DNA of 64,000 nt, taken from the NCBI GenBank assembly GCA_029210585.1, contig JARGFP010000012.1, forward strand, positions 44,512 to 108,511. Direction: 5' to 3'. The DNA comes from Bacteroidales bacterium. Its GTDB lineage: Bacteria; Bacteroidota; Bacteroidia; Bacteroidales; GCA-2748055. Position 1 is the first letter of the stretch, and each line of letters opens with the position of its first letter. Made by a program: the position numbers and the translations under genes. A model generated the notes under the pieces. The model saw nothing but the letters and a program-made list of their open reading frames with translations. It had not been told where the DNA came from and made no database searches. Below are positions 37,844 to 47,540 of this stretch, one piece after another.

Positions 37844-39859
37844 ATGCAAACTGGAAATTTCATTGAAGCGGTTTTGGAAGGGATTCCATCCACACTACCG
37901 CCCCCCAGGCAACCCGATCCCGCACAGAGTCATGCCCCCATCCGCAGGCAGGTATTGAACAGGGAAGAAAAAATGCTGGCACTCAAGAATGCCCTCCGGT
38001 ATTTTCCGGATCATTTGCATGCTGAACTGGCGCCGGAGTTCGCAGCTGAGCTGGAACATTACGGGCGGATTTACATGTACAGGTACAAGCCGGAATATGC
38101 GATCCGTGCCCGGACCATTCACGATTACCCCTTCAGGTCAAAACATGCCGGTGCAATCATGCTCATGCTTTCCAACAACCTGGATACAGCGGTGGCACAG
38201 CACCCGGAGGAACTGATCACCTACGGGGGCAATGGTGCCGTTTTCCAGAACTGGGCGCAATACCGGCTGACCATGAAATACCTGGCTACCATGTCCGATG
38301 AGCAGACCCTGGTGCTCTATTCGGGCCACCCGCTGGGGCTTTTTCCTTCCCATCCCGATGCTCCCAGGGTAGTGGTCACCAACGGGATGGTGGTCCCGAA
38401 CTATTCCGGGACAGAGGACTATGAGCGGATGAATGCCATGGGGGTGTCCCAGTACGGACAGATGACTGCAGGTTCGTTTATGTACATCGGACCCCAGGGG
38501 ATCGTTCATGGCACCACCATCACGGTGCTGAATGCAGGCAGGATGACGGGAGGAGATCATCAGGAGGGACTGAAGGGGAAACTGTTTGTCACCTCCGGAC
38601 TGGGGGGCATGTCGGGAGCCCAGCCCAAAGCCACCGTCATTGCCGGTGGAATCTGCGTGGTGGCCGAAGTCAACCCCGCTGCCACCGCAAAGCGCCACAG
38701 CCAGGGCTGGGTCGACGAGGTGTATGAAGACATCGACAGGATCATTCACCGGGTGGAGGAGGCCCGGAAGAACGGGGAGGCCGTTTCCATTGCCTACAAC
38801 GGGAACGTGGTGGACCTCCTGGAAACATTTGCCGACAAAGGGGTCAGGGTGGACCTTGGCTCCGACCAGACCTCCCTGCACAATCCCTATGCAGGCGGAT
38901 ATTTCCCGGCGGGACTCAGCTTCGAAGACTCCAGCCGCATGATGCACGAGGAGCCGGAACGGTTCAGGGAGGCGGTACAGGCTTCCCTCAGGAGGCACGT
39001 GAAGGCCATTAACCGGCTTACCGGTCAGGGCATGTTCTTCTGGGATTATGGCAATGCCTTCCTGCTTGAGGCAGGCAGGGCAGGGGCAGAGGTCTTCGAC
39101 GAACACGGGGGGTTCAGGTACCAGTCGTATATCCAGGCCATCATGGGGCCAAAGTTCTTTGATTACGGGTTCGGACCCTTCCGCTGGGTCTGTACTTCCT
39201 CGGAGCCGGAAGACCTGGAACGCACCGACCAGATCGCACTCCGCGTGATGGAGGAACTGGCCCGGGAAGCGCCCTTTGACATCCGGGAACAGATGGAGGA
39301 CAACATCCACTGGATCAGGGAGGCAGGCAGCAACAAGCTGGTGATTGGATCGCAGGCGCGCATCCTCTATGCCGACAGCATCGGCAGGATCAACATTGCA
39401 CTTGCATTCAACGAGGCGATCAGGCAGGGACAAATCAAATCCCCCATTGTACTGGGAAGGGACCACCACGATGTTTCAGGTACCGATTCGCCCTACCGGG
39501 AGACTTCCAATATTTACGATGGTTCCTCCTTTACAGCCGATATGGCCATCCAGAATGTGATCGGTGATGCATTTCGCGGTGCCACCTGGGTGTCGATACA
39601 TAACGGTGGAGGCGTCGGATGGGGAGAAGTGATCAACGGCGGCTTCGGCATGGTGCTTGACGGCACCGGGGATGCCGACCGCAGGATCCGGCAGATGCTG
39701 CACTGGGACGTGAACAACGGGATCGCCCGCAGGAGCTGGGCCAGGAGCAGTGGCGCCATGACGGCCATTCAGCGGGAGATGGAACGGACACAGGGACTGG
39801 AGGTTACCGTGCCACACCTGGCCGATGAATCCCTGCTCAGGGATCTATTCCCCGAGTAG
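37844..39859 (+). CDS. hutU: urocanate hydratase (long form)
   Basis: The 671-aa product has urocanase motifs (ITYGGNGAVFQNWAQY, GSFMYIGPQGIVHGT, TSGLGGMSGAQP). No hutH or hutI gene is adjacent. Confidence 0.9.
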   Translation: MQTGNFIEAVLEGIPSTLPPPRQPDPAQSHAPIRRQVLNREEKMLALKNALRYFPDHLHAELAPEFAAELEHYGRIYMYRYKPEYAIRARTIHDYPFRSKHAGAIMLMLSNNLDTAVAQHPEELITYGGNGAVFQNWAQYRLTMKYLATMSDEQTLVLYSGHPLGLFPSHPDAPRVVVTNGMVVPNYSGTEDYERMNAMGVSQYGQMTAGSFMYIGPQGIVHGTTITVLNAGRMTGGDHQEGLKGKLFVTSGLGGMSGAQPKATVIAGGICVVAEVNPAATAKRHSQGWVDEVYEDIDRIIHRVEEARKNGEAVSIAYNGNVVDLLETFADKGVRVDLGSDQTSLHNPYAGGYFPAGLSFEDSSRMMHEEPERFREAVQASLRRHVKAINRLTGQGMFFWDYGNAFLLEAGRAGAEVFDEHGGFRYQSYIQAIMGPKFFDYGFGPFRWVCTSSEPEDLERTDQIALRVMEELAREAPFDIREQMEDNIHWIREAGSNKLVIGSQARILYADSIGRINIALAFNEAIRQGQIKSPIVLGRDHHDVSGTDSPYRETSNIYDGSSFTADMAIQNVIGDAFRGATWVSIHNGGGVGWGEVINGGFGMVLDGTGDADRRIRQMLHWDVNNGIARRSWARSSGAMTAIQREMERTQGLEVTVPHLADESLLRDLFPE

Positions 39860-40177
39860 GATGTCGTATGGTTTGCGGAGGGCAGCCTCGAAGTCGTGCA
39901 TGGTGACATTCCGGCTGAACCGGGCATGCTCCTTGCCATCTACGTAAATGTCGATCGTGGGGATCGTGAATACACGGTACTGTCCCGAGAGTACCGGGCT
40001 TTTTTCAATATCCACGTATACAAACACCACCTTCGGGAATTGTACATTGAGCAGTTCAATGATCTTAGGCTTCAGTATTTTACACACATTGCAGGACTCA
40101 TTTGAAAAATAGACCACCGAAATGGTTGTCTCTTCAATGAGTTGTTGCAGTTCTTCGAGGTTGTAAATTGTTTTCAA
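39845..40177 (-). CDS. thioredoxin-fold protein
   Basis: The 110-aa product has a CxxC motif in thioredoxin context (VVYFSNESCNVCKILKP). Its 3' end overlaps the hutU 3' end by 15 nt, in convergent orientation. Confidence 0.7.
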   Translation of the reverse strand: MKTIYNLEELQQLIEETTISVVYFSNESCNVCKILKPKIIELLNVQFPKVVFVYVDIEKSPVLSGQYRVFTIPTIDIYVDGKEHARFSRNVTMHDFEAALRKPYDILLGE

Positions 40178-40203
40178 TGCTGTTGTTGATTATTGTAGAT
40201 GAT

Positions 40204-40257
40204 CTGGTGAACGCGGCTTATCAGGTGAACGCGGATGACCTGGTGCATGCATATCGC
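40204..40257. repeat. degenerate 18-bp tandem repeat, about 3 copies (CWGGTGAACGCGG core)
   Basis: Units at 40204-40221 and 40222-40239 share 13 of 18 positions. A third, decayed unit sits at 40240-40257. The repeat is in the intergenic region upstream of the thioredoxin-fold gene. Confidence 0.5.
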
Positions 40258-40281
40258 CGGTCTGTTTCGTAACTGTATTAC

Positions 40282-40734
40282 TTAAAATTCACCCGAATCA
40301 AGCATGACGAGTGTACATCCTTCCACTACTTCAATTCCTTTTTCCCTCAGCTCCTCCATGAACGGTTCATTCACTGTGCCCGGATTGAAGATCACACGCT
40401 TCGGATGCAGGGACAGGATATACTCATGAAACTCTTCCTGCCGCTCAGGACCGATATAAAGTGCAATGGTATGCACCTCCTCGATGACTGGTTCGCCCCG
40501 CTGGATGAATTTTTCGTAGATCACACCCGGGCGGAAGCCGACAGCTACTGCGTCATACCCATGCAATAAGAGGCTTTTCACCGCCTTGAAGGAATACCTG
40601 GCAGGATTGGGGCTGGCCCCCAGCACCACTGTCTTTTTTGCTTCACGTTTCACGCTTGTTGCATTGTCTTTTTTTTCGAACGCTACCTGTTCATTTTTCA
40701 CCCCGTCACCCCGTCTCCCAGTCTCTATTTCCAT
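40282..40734 (-). CDS. CoA-binding domain protein
   Basis: CoA-binding features are present (KTVVLGASPNPARYSFKAVKSLLLHGYDAVAVG) after a short N-terminal extension. The gene overlaps the ispF stop by 10 nt. Confidence 0.7.
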   Translation of the reverse strand: MEIETGRRGDGVKNEQVAFEKKDNATSVKREAKKTVVLGASPNPARYSFKAVKSLLLHGYDAVAVGFRPGVIYEKFIQRGEPVIEEVHTIALYIGPERQEEFHEYILSLHPKRVIFNPGTVNEPFMEELREKGIEVVEGCTLVMLDSGEF

Positions 40735-41201
40735 ATAAGGGCAACGGCATGGGCCGCAACACCCTCTTCCCGACCTGTGAAGCCGAGGTGTTCCTCGGTG
40801 GTGGCCTTCACGGAAACCTGGTCTTTATCGATGCCCATTGCCATGGAAAGCGCCGACCGCATGTCTTCAATATAGGGCTGTATTTTTGGTTCTTGCAGGC
40901 ATACTGTTGCATCAATGTTCCCGATGGTGTAGCCCGTATCTTCCAGCAGGCTGATGGTTTTTTCGAGCAACAGCAGGCTGTTGATCCCCCTGTATTCTTC
41001 ACGGTCGTCTGGAAAATGTGATCCGATATCACCCAGGGCCGCAGCACCCAGCAATGCGTCGCAGATGGCATGGATCAGCACATCTGCATCCGAGTGTCCC
41101 TTTGCCCCGCTGGTATGGGGTATGGTAACACCACCCAGCCGAAAAGGGAGGCCCTCTTCCAGCCGGTGTACGTCATATCCGAATCCGATCCGGTGCACCA
41201 T
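40725..41201 (-). CDS. ispF: 2-C-methyl-D-erythritol 2,4-cyclodiphosphate synthase
   Basis: IspF motifs are present: RIGFGYDVHRL, GHSDADVLIHAICDALLGA and GDIGSHFPD. Confidence 0.95.
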   Translation of the reverse strand: MVHRIGFGYDVHRLEEGLPFRLGGVTIPHTSGAKGHSDADVLIHAICDALLGAAALGDIGSHFPDDREEYRGINSLLLLEKTISLLEDTGYTIGNIDATVCLQEPKIQPYIEDMRSALSMAMGIDKDQVSVKATTEEHLGFTGREEGVAAHAVALIWK

Positions 41202-41209
41202 GCTGCAAG

Positions 41210-42430
41210 TTACAGCTTCAGGCTTTCAAAATCAAATCCGAGCGTGAACCTGAGCGTGTTGGCGAGCGGACTCTCCTGTCCGTTGGTGGGAACAAGATAG
41301 GCGAAATCGAGCGAAAAGACATTCAGTTTCAGGCCGACCCCCAGGGTTACATATTTCCGGTTGCCTTTTACTGCTGCCTCGTGGAAATATCCTGCCCTGA
41401 TCGCGAACTGCTCCCGGTACCAGTATTCCACGCCGGCGCTGACCATCACTTCGGCCATCTCCTCACGGAAGCCTGTACTGTAGGAGCCATCATCGTAGCT
41501 GATTCCCGGCGCATCGTAGAACGACTGGATCATTCCCAGCACGATCGATTCCGGATCTTCATAGCCACGAACCACCTCACCATCATTATCCTTTATCGGG
41601 CGGGTGGGTACCAGCAGCTTATTGAATTCCAAACTGAAGCTCATTTCATTGTAATCGTCCAGGCCGTAATCGAACCTTCCGCCCAGGCGCAGGTTCGACG
41701 GAATGGGGATCTTGTCGGCATCAGCAGTGTATGAAATAGGCGTACCGAGGTTCGAAAGCGTCACCCCCCAGGCATACCCGGCATCATTACCGCCTACCAG
41801 CCGCAGGTCATCCTGGTAGTAGAACCCGAGGTCGGAAGCAACAGCGATCCCCGGCTGTGATGCCTCACCGCCAACATCCTGTCCGCTGGTCAGGTTGGAA
41901 TAAATGAAACGAAACGCGATTCCCCCGGAGAAATTATCGGAAAACAACCTGGAATAGCCTGCATCCATGGCCATCTCATATGGATTGTACTGTCCTATGA
42001 TTCCTCCTTCAATGTCTGTAAATGTGATCTGTCCGAGCGAGAAATAGCGCAGCGATCCGCTGATTACCTGGTCGTCGGTGGGTTTCCAGTAGGTGGAAAG
42101 ATAGGCCAGGTTGATATCCGGGATGATCTTCCGCAACCAGGGTGTATAGGAGATGGACAGTCCGCCGGTCTCTTCCATGAACGCATACTTGGCCACGTTC
42201 CAGTGTTGCGAATTTATATCTGGTTGCGTGGCAACCCCTGCGTCGCCCAATGCACCTGCCCGTGAATCCGGGGCGATGGTGATAAACGGTACGGCGGTGT
42301 TGATCGTGTTCTCATCACCCCCTTTGAGTTCCCTGACAGATATCTGTCCAAATGCTTTGCTCCCCATGAAGAACAGCACCAGGACAACTCCTGTGATTTG
42401 TAAGGCTTTGCCTCGATTTGATTTAGACAT
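41210..42430 (-). CDS. porV: type IX secretion system outer-membrane protein PorV (LptO)
   Basis: The 406-aa product has a signal peptide and the PorV-typical N-terminal region (AVPFITIAPDSRAGALGDAGVATQPDINSQHWNVAKYAF). The remainder is beta-barrel-like. Confidence 0.9.
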   Translation of the reverse strand: MSKSNRGKALQITGVVLVLFFMGSKAFGQISVRELKGGDENTINTAVPFITIAPDSRAGALGDAGVATQPDINSQHWNVAKYAFMEETGGLSISYTPWLRKIIPDINLAYLSTYWKPTDDQVISGSLRYFSLGQITFTDIEGGIIGQYNPYEMAMDAGYSRLFSDNFSGGIAFRFIYSNLTSGQDVGGEASQPGIAVASDLGFYYQDDLRLVGGNDAGYAWGVTLSNLGTPISYTADADKIPIPSNLRLGGRFDYGLDDYNEMSFSLEFNKLLVPTRPIKDNDGEVVRGYEDPESIVLGMIQSFYDAPGISYDDGSYSTGFREEMAEVMVSAGVEYWYREQFAIRAGYFHEAAVKGNRKYVTLGVGLKLNVFSLDFAYLVPTNGQESPLANTLRFTLGFDFESLKL

Positions 42431-42564
42431 TCATTCTAATTTTTTCAGAGCACAATATAGCGTTTTTCTAATTTTATAGTGGTTTTCTACTTTTTCTGAT
42501 TTTGCACAATAATATATATACGGTTTATACAGACAAATATTATCCTGTTGGCAACATTATTTCA

Positions 42565-45500
42565 TCACCTTTTGATGATCAGGCGCCCGGCCCCGGAAGC
42601 CTCTTCTCCCTGTTCGCTTCTGACCATCACCCTGTAGACATAGATTCCCCCCCCGAGCGTTGCACCGCCCATCGATTTTCCCTGCCAGGAGGGTGGTTCG
42701 ATCCTGTATCCGCCTGAATAGACCATCTGCTGTATTACGCCCACAAGACTGCCATTGAGGTCATAGATCCTTACAATAACCTCCAGTTCCTGCCCCGGCC
42801 GGTTATGTTCAATGTTAAAGAATGTCTGGTCGATAAAAGGATTCGGATAGGTATAAAGATTTTCCAGCAGCATCTCAGAAGATTGTACCACAACGAAATC
42901 CACCTTTTCGGTGGCGGAATTGTTGAATATGTCCCACACCTTCACAGAGATGGAATGTTTGCCTTCCGGGAGATTTTCGTAGGGATACCGTACCGTACCC
43001 GAGCTGAAACTGTCGGGATCTGCCTGGTAATACTGGTTGAGGATGATCGCGTTGAACCGGTCGTCATTGAGCGTGGAGGTGATGTCGTGACCGATTCCGT
43101 TCCCCGTGGTGTTGATGCCATAAGGATCGTTCACGTACACCAGCAGTTCCGGGGAATCGGTAACGATACCCCCGTTTTTGAACAATGAATCATTCATGTA
43201 TACCCTGATTTCCGGTCCAATGGTATCCAGGTCTGAAAAATCGCCGAGTCCACCGATGGCAAAGCCGGAAGTGGCGCCATGGGCATCCTTGTCCTCGCTG
43301 AATCCATAGTAGCTGATCTTTCCGTCACCAATGTTATAGCCGATGTCCTTGGGTACATAAAAGCCGAAGCTGAACCGGCCGTTTTCCACCGTGGCGTTTC
43401 CCTTGTACAGAATGCTGCTGAGCGACTGGAATGCCAGGGGACTGCCCCCGTCATTGGCGAGGGTCTTCAGGTTGGATTTTTTATCGTAGACAATGGGAAT
43501 CACGGATCCGTTGAAATCGGTGAGCATATTGCCCGACTGGTCGCGGATATGGCCGCTGACCGTCACAAAATCCAGGGCTGATATGGTATCATTGAATTCC
43601 TCCAGGGCCACCCGGTTGATAGAATCTGTCAGTACAAGGTTTTGCGGGAAGGCGAGACTGAGTGAGGGATCTCCCAGGAGGGTAAAGTTCCTTTTGTTCA
43701 CACCTGCACCCACATTGTTTTTGCTGTATACGATGATATCGCCAAGCCGGTAGCAATCACCATTTTCCTTTTTGTCAAATACGATCTCGTAAAAACGTTC
43801 ATTCAGGGTAAAGTTGGGGCCGGAATAGACGAGCCTGGTGGTGGTGAACAGCGCGATGCTTCCGCCGGCAGGATTCAGCAATACCTCTTCACCTGCCGAT
43901 GTCACCTCGGATTGCTGGGATACATTGTATTCATCATAACGGCTGAACTCACAGGTTGCGGTCATGAACAAGGGCAGTTTCCCATCGTTCCTCCACGATT
44001 TGATATTGCTCAGGTCCACGATCTTTTCATGAGCAAGACCGGTCACTCCGCCATGACCGGTATAGTTGATGACCAGTGCACCCCGGTTCATCTGGTCGTT
44101 GATGGCGCGTGTGACATCGGGATACTTGTCGCCGGTTGGAGTGGTCTCCTGCGGGAAGGCATCCATGAAGATCTTATTGACGTTGTATTCAGGATAACGC
44201 TCCTCGATATACGATGCGAGGTTGTTAGCCTGTCTCATATGGATATTGCCGTCTTCGTCATCAGCAATGAAGCACAGGTAGTTTCTCCACTCTCCGATTG
44301 TTTCAAACTGGTCGTAGGCAATGGTCTTGTCTACCATAAGTTCTGCTTCTTCCGGTGTGGAGACAGGCAGCCTTCCGATTCCGAGGTCGAGCAGGCCGTC
44401 GTACAATTTCTCCCCGGTATCCAGCAGTCCGAAGAAATCATCTGAAACGAAAGAACTGGTGGGTACCAGTGAATTCACAGACTGGTAGGTCATGATTTTG
44501 TTGGGATTGCCTGAAACAGTATCCCTGTTGTCGAAAGATCCGTCGCCGAAAAGCAGCAGGTATTTGGTCATTTGCTCCTCCGGATATGTGTCGTAGTACA
44601 TTTTCAGGTAATTCCTGATGGCACTGACATTCGGGGTTCCTGATGAAAATTCGTTGAAGATCATTTCCTGGGTGACCAGGGTAACCGTAAGGTTGTCGTT
44701 GCTGCGACGGTGCTCAGCCAGCCGGTTTGCCTGCTCCCCGAATTCTTCCGCATAAATAATCAGCATGTCGGGCGGGGATGTTCCGTGCAGGTTCTGGTTG
44801 GGCACACGACCGAGCCCGGGTCCGGATACCTGGGGTGACGGAAAATTCCCGGACGGATCGAAAGCGATGAATTCACGCAGTTCGCTGGTTTCTAATCTGA
44901 ATGAGGCAGTGTTGCCATTCAGCGCAAAGGGAATCCTGCCGGGCTGTTCAGGATCGGTAATCTCCCATAACTGCATGCCGGACCGGGCATTGGCAATCCT
45001 GAATTCGGTGATGCTGCCGAAATTCACGGAGCGGCTGTCGCGGAAGGTGAGTTCATCACCCTGCAACGACAGGTTGGCCCTGGCATTGACAGTGATATAG
45101 TTCAGCCAGGCTTCCGAATTGGTATTTGGCTGCAGGTATTCGACCTGCAGGGTAAAGAAAGACTCCTGGGCATTGTAATCGAAGGTTCCCGCACCATTAA
45201 CGGCAAAAGTGGAAGTATAGCTGCTGAGATTGACCGGGCTGAAGGAAATGGTTCCCAGCGTGGTGTTGTTCGCCGTTACCCTGATCAAAGATGTTTCTTT
45301 TGACCTTCCTGCAGCTGCAACCCTGATTTTCGCAGGTTCTCCGGTGTTCATTCCGGGAAGGGCAAATGGATATGCACCACTCAGTGAGATACTGTATTTA
45401 TCTCCGTACCACTCCCTTCCGGATTTAAGCAGGTTGGTAAGTTCTTCTTCGTGGAACGCGAGGATGTCGTACCGGGTCACCACCTTGTCGGCCGCTGCAG

Positions 45501-46353
45501 TGCTGAGTGCAACTTCAGCAGGTGGCGCAGCCACTCCCATGTCGTCGGTAAGGAAATAGCTTCCCATGGTGGCATAATCATGCAGTTCATGCTGGAAAAA
45601 CCCGTCTGAACTATTGTAGTTCCATGTGACAGGTCCGCGGGCGTAGAACAGAATATAATCTCCCGGTCCGAACAGCTGGTCACTGCCTTTGTTCATATAG
45701 ACAGGAATCTCTTCCAGGTCGTCATAGGATCCCTGGCTGAAATCTTCCGGGAGCAGGATGGCCCCGGCTCCGAAGACCTTGATCATTGCAGGGTTCTCCA
45801 CCCCGGCTTCCCGGATCTGTTCATAAGTGAGCTTGTGCATCCCGGAAGTTTTTATCCCGATCTTGTACCAGTCGCCTGCAGCCAGGCGGGAAGTTGTCGA
45901 AAATTGTCCTGTTGTTTCCGACTTCAGTCGGGCGATTGGTGCTTCACCGGATATTTCCAGAGTAAAAGATTCCACTTGCATGGTCCGGCCCGTTTCCGGG
46001 TCGCGGTAAAAAGGAACATAGCTGATCTGCAACCTTGGCTGTTTTTTCTCGTATACAAGCTGGTAAGCAACTGCAGGTGATGTTTCGAGGAAAGCATCCC
46101 TGACCTGTTCTTTGAATTTTGAATCGAGCGGAATGGCGCGCCCGGTCTTCGCCGTGACAACAGGAATCTGGCCCGTATTGGTCCAGGGAATCACCTCGGT
46201 ATACACCGGAACCTGTCCTGTGGCGTTCTGATAGGAAGCGTTTTTGAAATAAACCAGTGAATCCGTACGTTTCCAATCCAGACCGATATTCCGGTGCTGG
46301 CCCTGGAGCAGCATGGGGAGTAATAAGAGGGAAATAATCAGCAGCTTTTTCAT
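42565..46353 (-). CDS. porU: type IX secretion system sortase PorU (C25 peptidase family)
   Basis: The 1262-aa product has a signal peptide and a gingipain-like central domain (LLLFGDGSFDNR, TCEFSRYD). A T9SS C-terminal sorting-type domain is at the end. The gene lies immediately upstream of porV, as in other Bacteroidota. Confidence 0.85.
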   Translation of the reverse strand: MKKLLIISLLLLPMLLQGQHRNIGLDWKRTDSLVYFKNASYQNATGQVPVYTEVIPWTNTGQIPVVTAKTGRAIPLDSKFKEQVRDAFLETSPAVAYQLVYEKKQPRLQISYVPFYRDPETGRTMQVESFTLEISGEAPIARLKSETTGQFSTTSRLAAGDWYKIGIKTSGMHKLTYEQIREAGVENPAMIKVFGAGAILLPEDFSQGSYDDLEEIPVYMNKGSDQLFGPGDYILFYARGPVTWNYNSSDGFFQHELHDYATMGSYFLTDDMGVAAPPAEVALSTAAADKVVTRYDILAFHEEELTNLLKSGREWYGDKYSISLSGAYPFALPGMNTGEPAKIRVAAAGRSKETSLIRVTANNTTLGTISFSPVNLSSYTSTFAVNGAGTFDYNAQESFFTLQVEYLQPNTNSEAWLNYITVNARANLSLQGDELTFRDSRSVNFGSITEFRIANARSGMQLWEITDPEQPGRIPFALNGNTASFRLETSELREFIAFDPSGNFPSPQVSGPGLGRVPNQNLHGTSPPDMLIIYAEEFGEQANRLAEHRRSNDNLTVTLVTQEMIFNEFSSGTPNVSAIRNYLKMYYDTYPEEQMTKYLLLFGDGSFDNRDTVSGNPNKIMTYQSVNSLVPTSSFVSDDFFGLLDTGEKLYDGLLDLGIGRLPVSTPEEAELMVDKTIAYDQFETIGEWRNYLCFIADDEDGNIHMRQANNLASYIEERYPEYNVNKIFMDAFPQETTPTGDKYPDVTRAINDQMNRGALVINYTGHGGVTGLAHEKIVDLSNIKSWRNDGKLPLFMTATCEFSRYDEYNVSQQSEVTSAGEEVLLNPAGGSIALFTTTRLVYSGPNFTLNERFYEIVFDKKENGDCYRLGDIIVYSKNNVGAGVNKRNFTLLGDPSLSLAFPQNLVLTDSINRVALEEFNDTISALDFVTVSGHIRDQSGNMLTDFNGSVIPIVYDKKSNLKTLANDGGSPLAFQSLSSILYKGNATVENGRFSFGFYVPKDIGYNIGDGKISYYGFSEDKDAHGATSGFAIGGLGDFSDLDTIGPEIRVYMNDSLFKNGGIVTDSPELLVYVNDPYGINTTGNGIGHDITSTLNDDRFNAIILNQYYQADPDSFSSGTVRYPYENLPEGKHSISVKVWDIFNNSATEKVDFVVVQSSEMLLENLYTYPNPFIDQTFFNIEHNRPGQELEVIVRIYDLNGSLVGVIQQMVYSGGYRIEPPSWQGKSMGGATLGGGIYVYRVMVRSEQGEEASGAGRLIIKR

Positions 46354-46490
46354 GGTTTACCGTACAGTAAAATTCTTACGTAACATAATCTTTGTACCAA
46401 ACAGACGTTCATATATAACGATCCTTATAAATGCTTATTGTTAAAAAATGTTTTTAACCGTTAACAGGTTTTGACGATCTTTACCTACAG

Positions 46491-47483
46491 ATGACAAAAA
46501 TGCGGGGCATAATGTTTGTTTTGGTGGTACAACTCCTGTGCACGGGATTGTATGCTCAGGATCCCGTATTTTCCCATTTTTACGCCAACAGCCTACAGCT
46601 GAACCCCGCCCTTGCAGGAACGGAGGGAGCAGGCAGGGCCTATATCGGGTACCGCAACCAGTGGCCCCATTCGGGGGCTTCCTACATCACTTACCAGGCT
46701 TCCTATGATCAGTACGTGGAGAAGCTTCACGGGGGGCTGGGGGTGCGGATACTCAACGACAGGCAGGGAGATGGAACCTTCAACGCATACAACCTTGATG
46801 TGGCATACGCATACCAGTTCAGGGCTTCGCGCTACTGGTCTTTTGCAGGGGCCCTCCAGGCTGGTGTCGGACAAAGGTCCTTCGATCCCTCCTCGCTTGT
46901 GTTCGGAGACATGATCGACCCGGTTACAGGCGGATCCTCCGGGATTGCCGCTGAAGATATCAACAGGTACAATGAGATCTATCCTGATTTTGCAGCTGGC
47001 ATTGCCGCATTCAGGGGGAATTTTTACGGGGGGGCTGCGGTTCATCACCTGCTCAGGCCGGTGGTTACCGACAGTGATGATCCCACGGGCATCATTTACA
47101 GGAAATATACCGCTCACCTGGGGATAATGATCCCGGTGATTGATAAAAGCAAGGGTGTCGAGATCATGAAGTTATCACCCAACCTGGTATTCATACAGCA
47201 GCAGAATATTCAGCAGGTTAATTATGGAATGGATCTCATTTACAAGGACTTTCTTGTTGGTTTGTGGACACGTCACGACCTTGGATTCAGTTACGGAAAC
47301 CTCGTGTTCACTGCTGGTTACGCGGCGGGCAACCTCAGGTTCCGTTACAGCTACGATGTCAAGCTTTCAAGTCCCACGATCAGGTTGCCGAACATGGGGG
47401 CACACGAGTTTTCGCTTGTGATCATGCTTGAAAACAATACAATAAGAAAAAATGTGCGGACAATAAATTGTCCTAAAATTTAG
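46491..47483 (+). CDS. PorP/SprF family type IX secretion system membrane protein
   Basis: A signal peptide is followed by the family-defining N-terminus (QDPVFSHFYANSLQLNPALAG). The rest has beta-barrel-like periodicity. Confidence 0.85.
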   Translation: MTKMRGIMFVLVVQLLCTGLYAQDPVFSHFYANSLQLNPALAGTEGAGRAYIGYRNQWPHSGASYITYQASYDQYVEKLHGGLGVRILNDRQGDGTFNAYNLDVAYAYQFRASRYWSFAGALQAGVGQRSFDPSSLVFGDMIDPVTGGSSGIAAEDINRYNEIYPDFAAGIAAFRGNFYGGAAVHHLLRPVVTDSDDPTGIIYRKYTAHLGIMIPVIDKSKGVEIMKLSPNLVFIQQQNIQQVNYGMDLIYKDFLVGLWTRHDLGFSYGNLVFTAGYAAGNLRFRYSYDVKLSSPTIRLPNMGAHEFSLVIMLENNTIRKNVRTINCPKI

Positions 47484-47540
47484 TTAGTTTTGTGAGAAGT
47501 ATTTATATTAGCAACTGTTATCAAGAAAATCTATCAAATC

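Noticed and set aside
37844-39859. hutU considered as a marker of a histidine-utilisation island.
   Set aside because: No hutH, hutI or hutG gene, and no regulator, is adjacent. It appears to be a solitary housekeeping gene.
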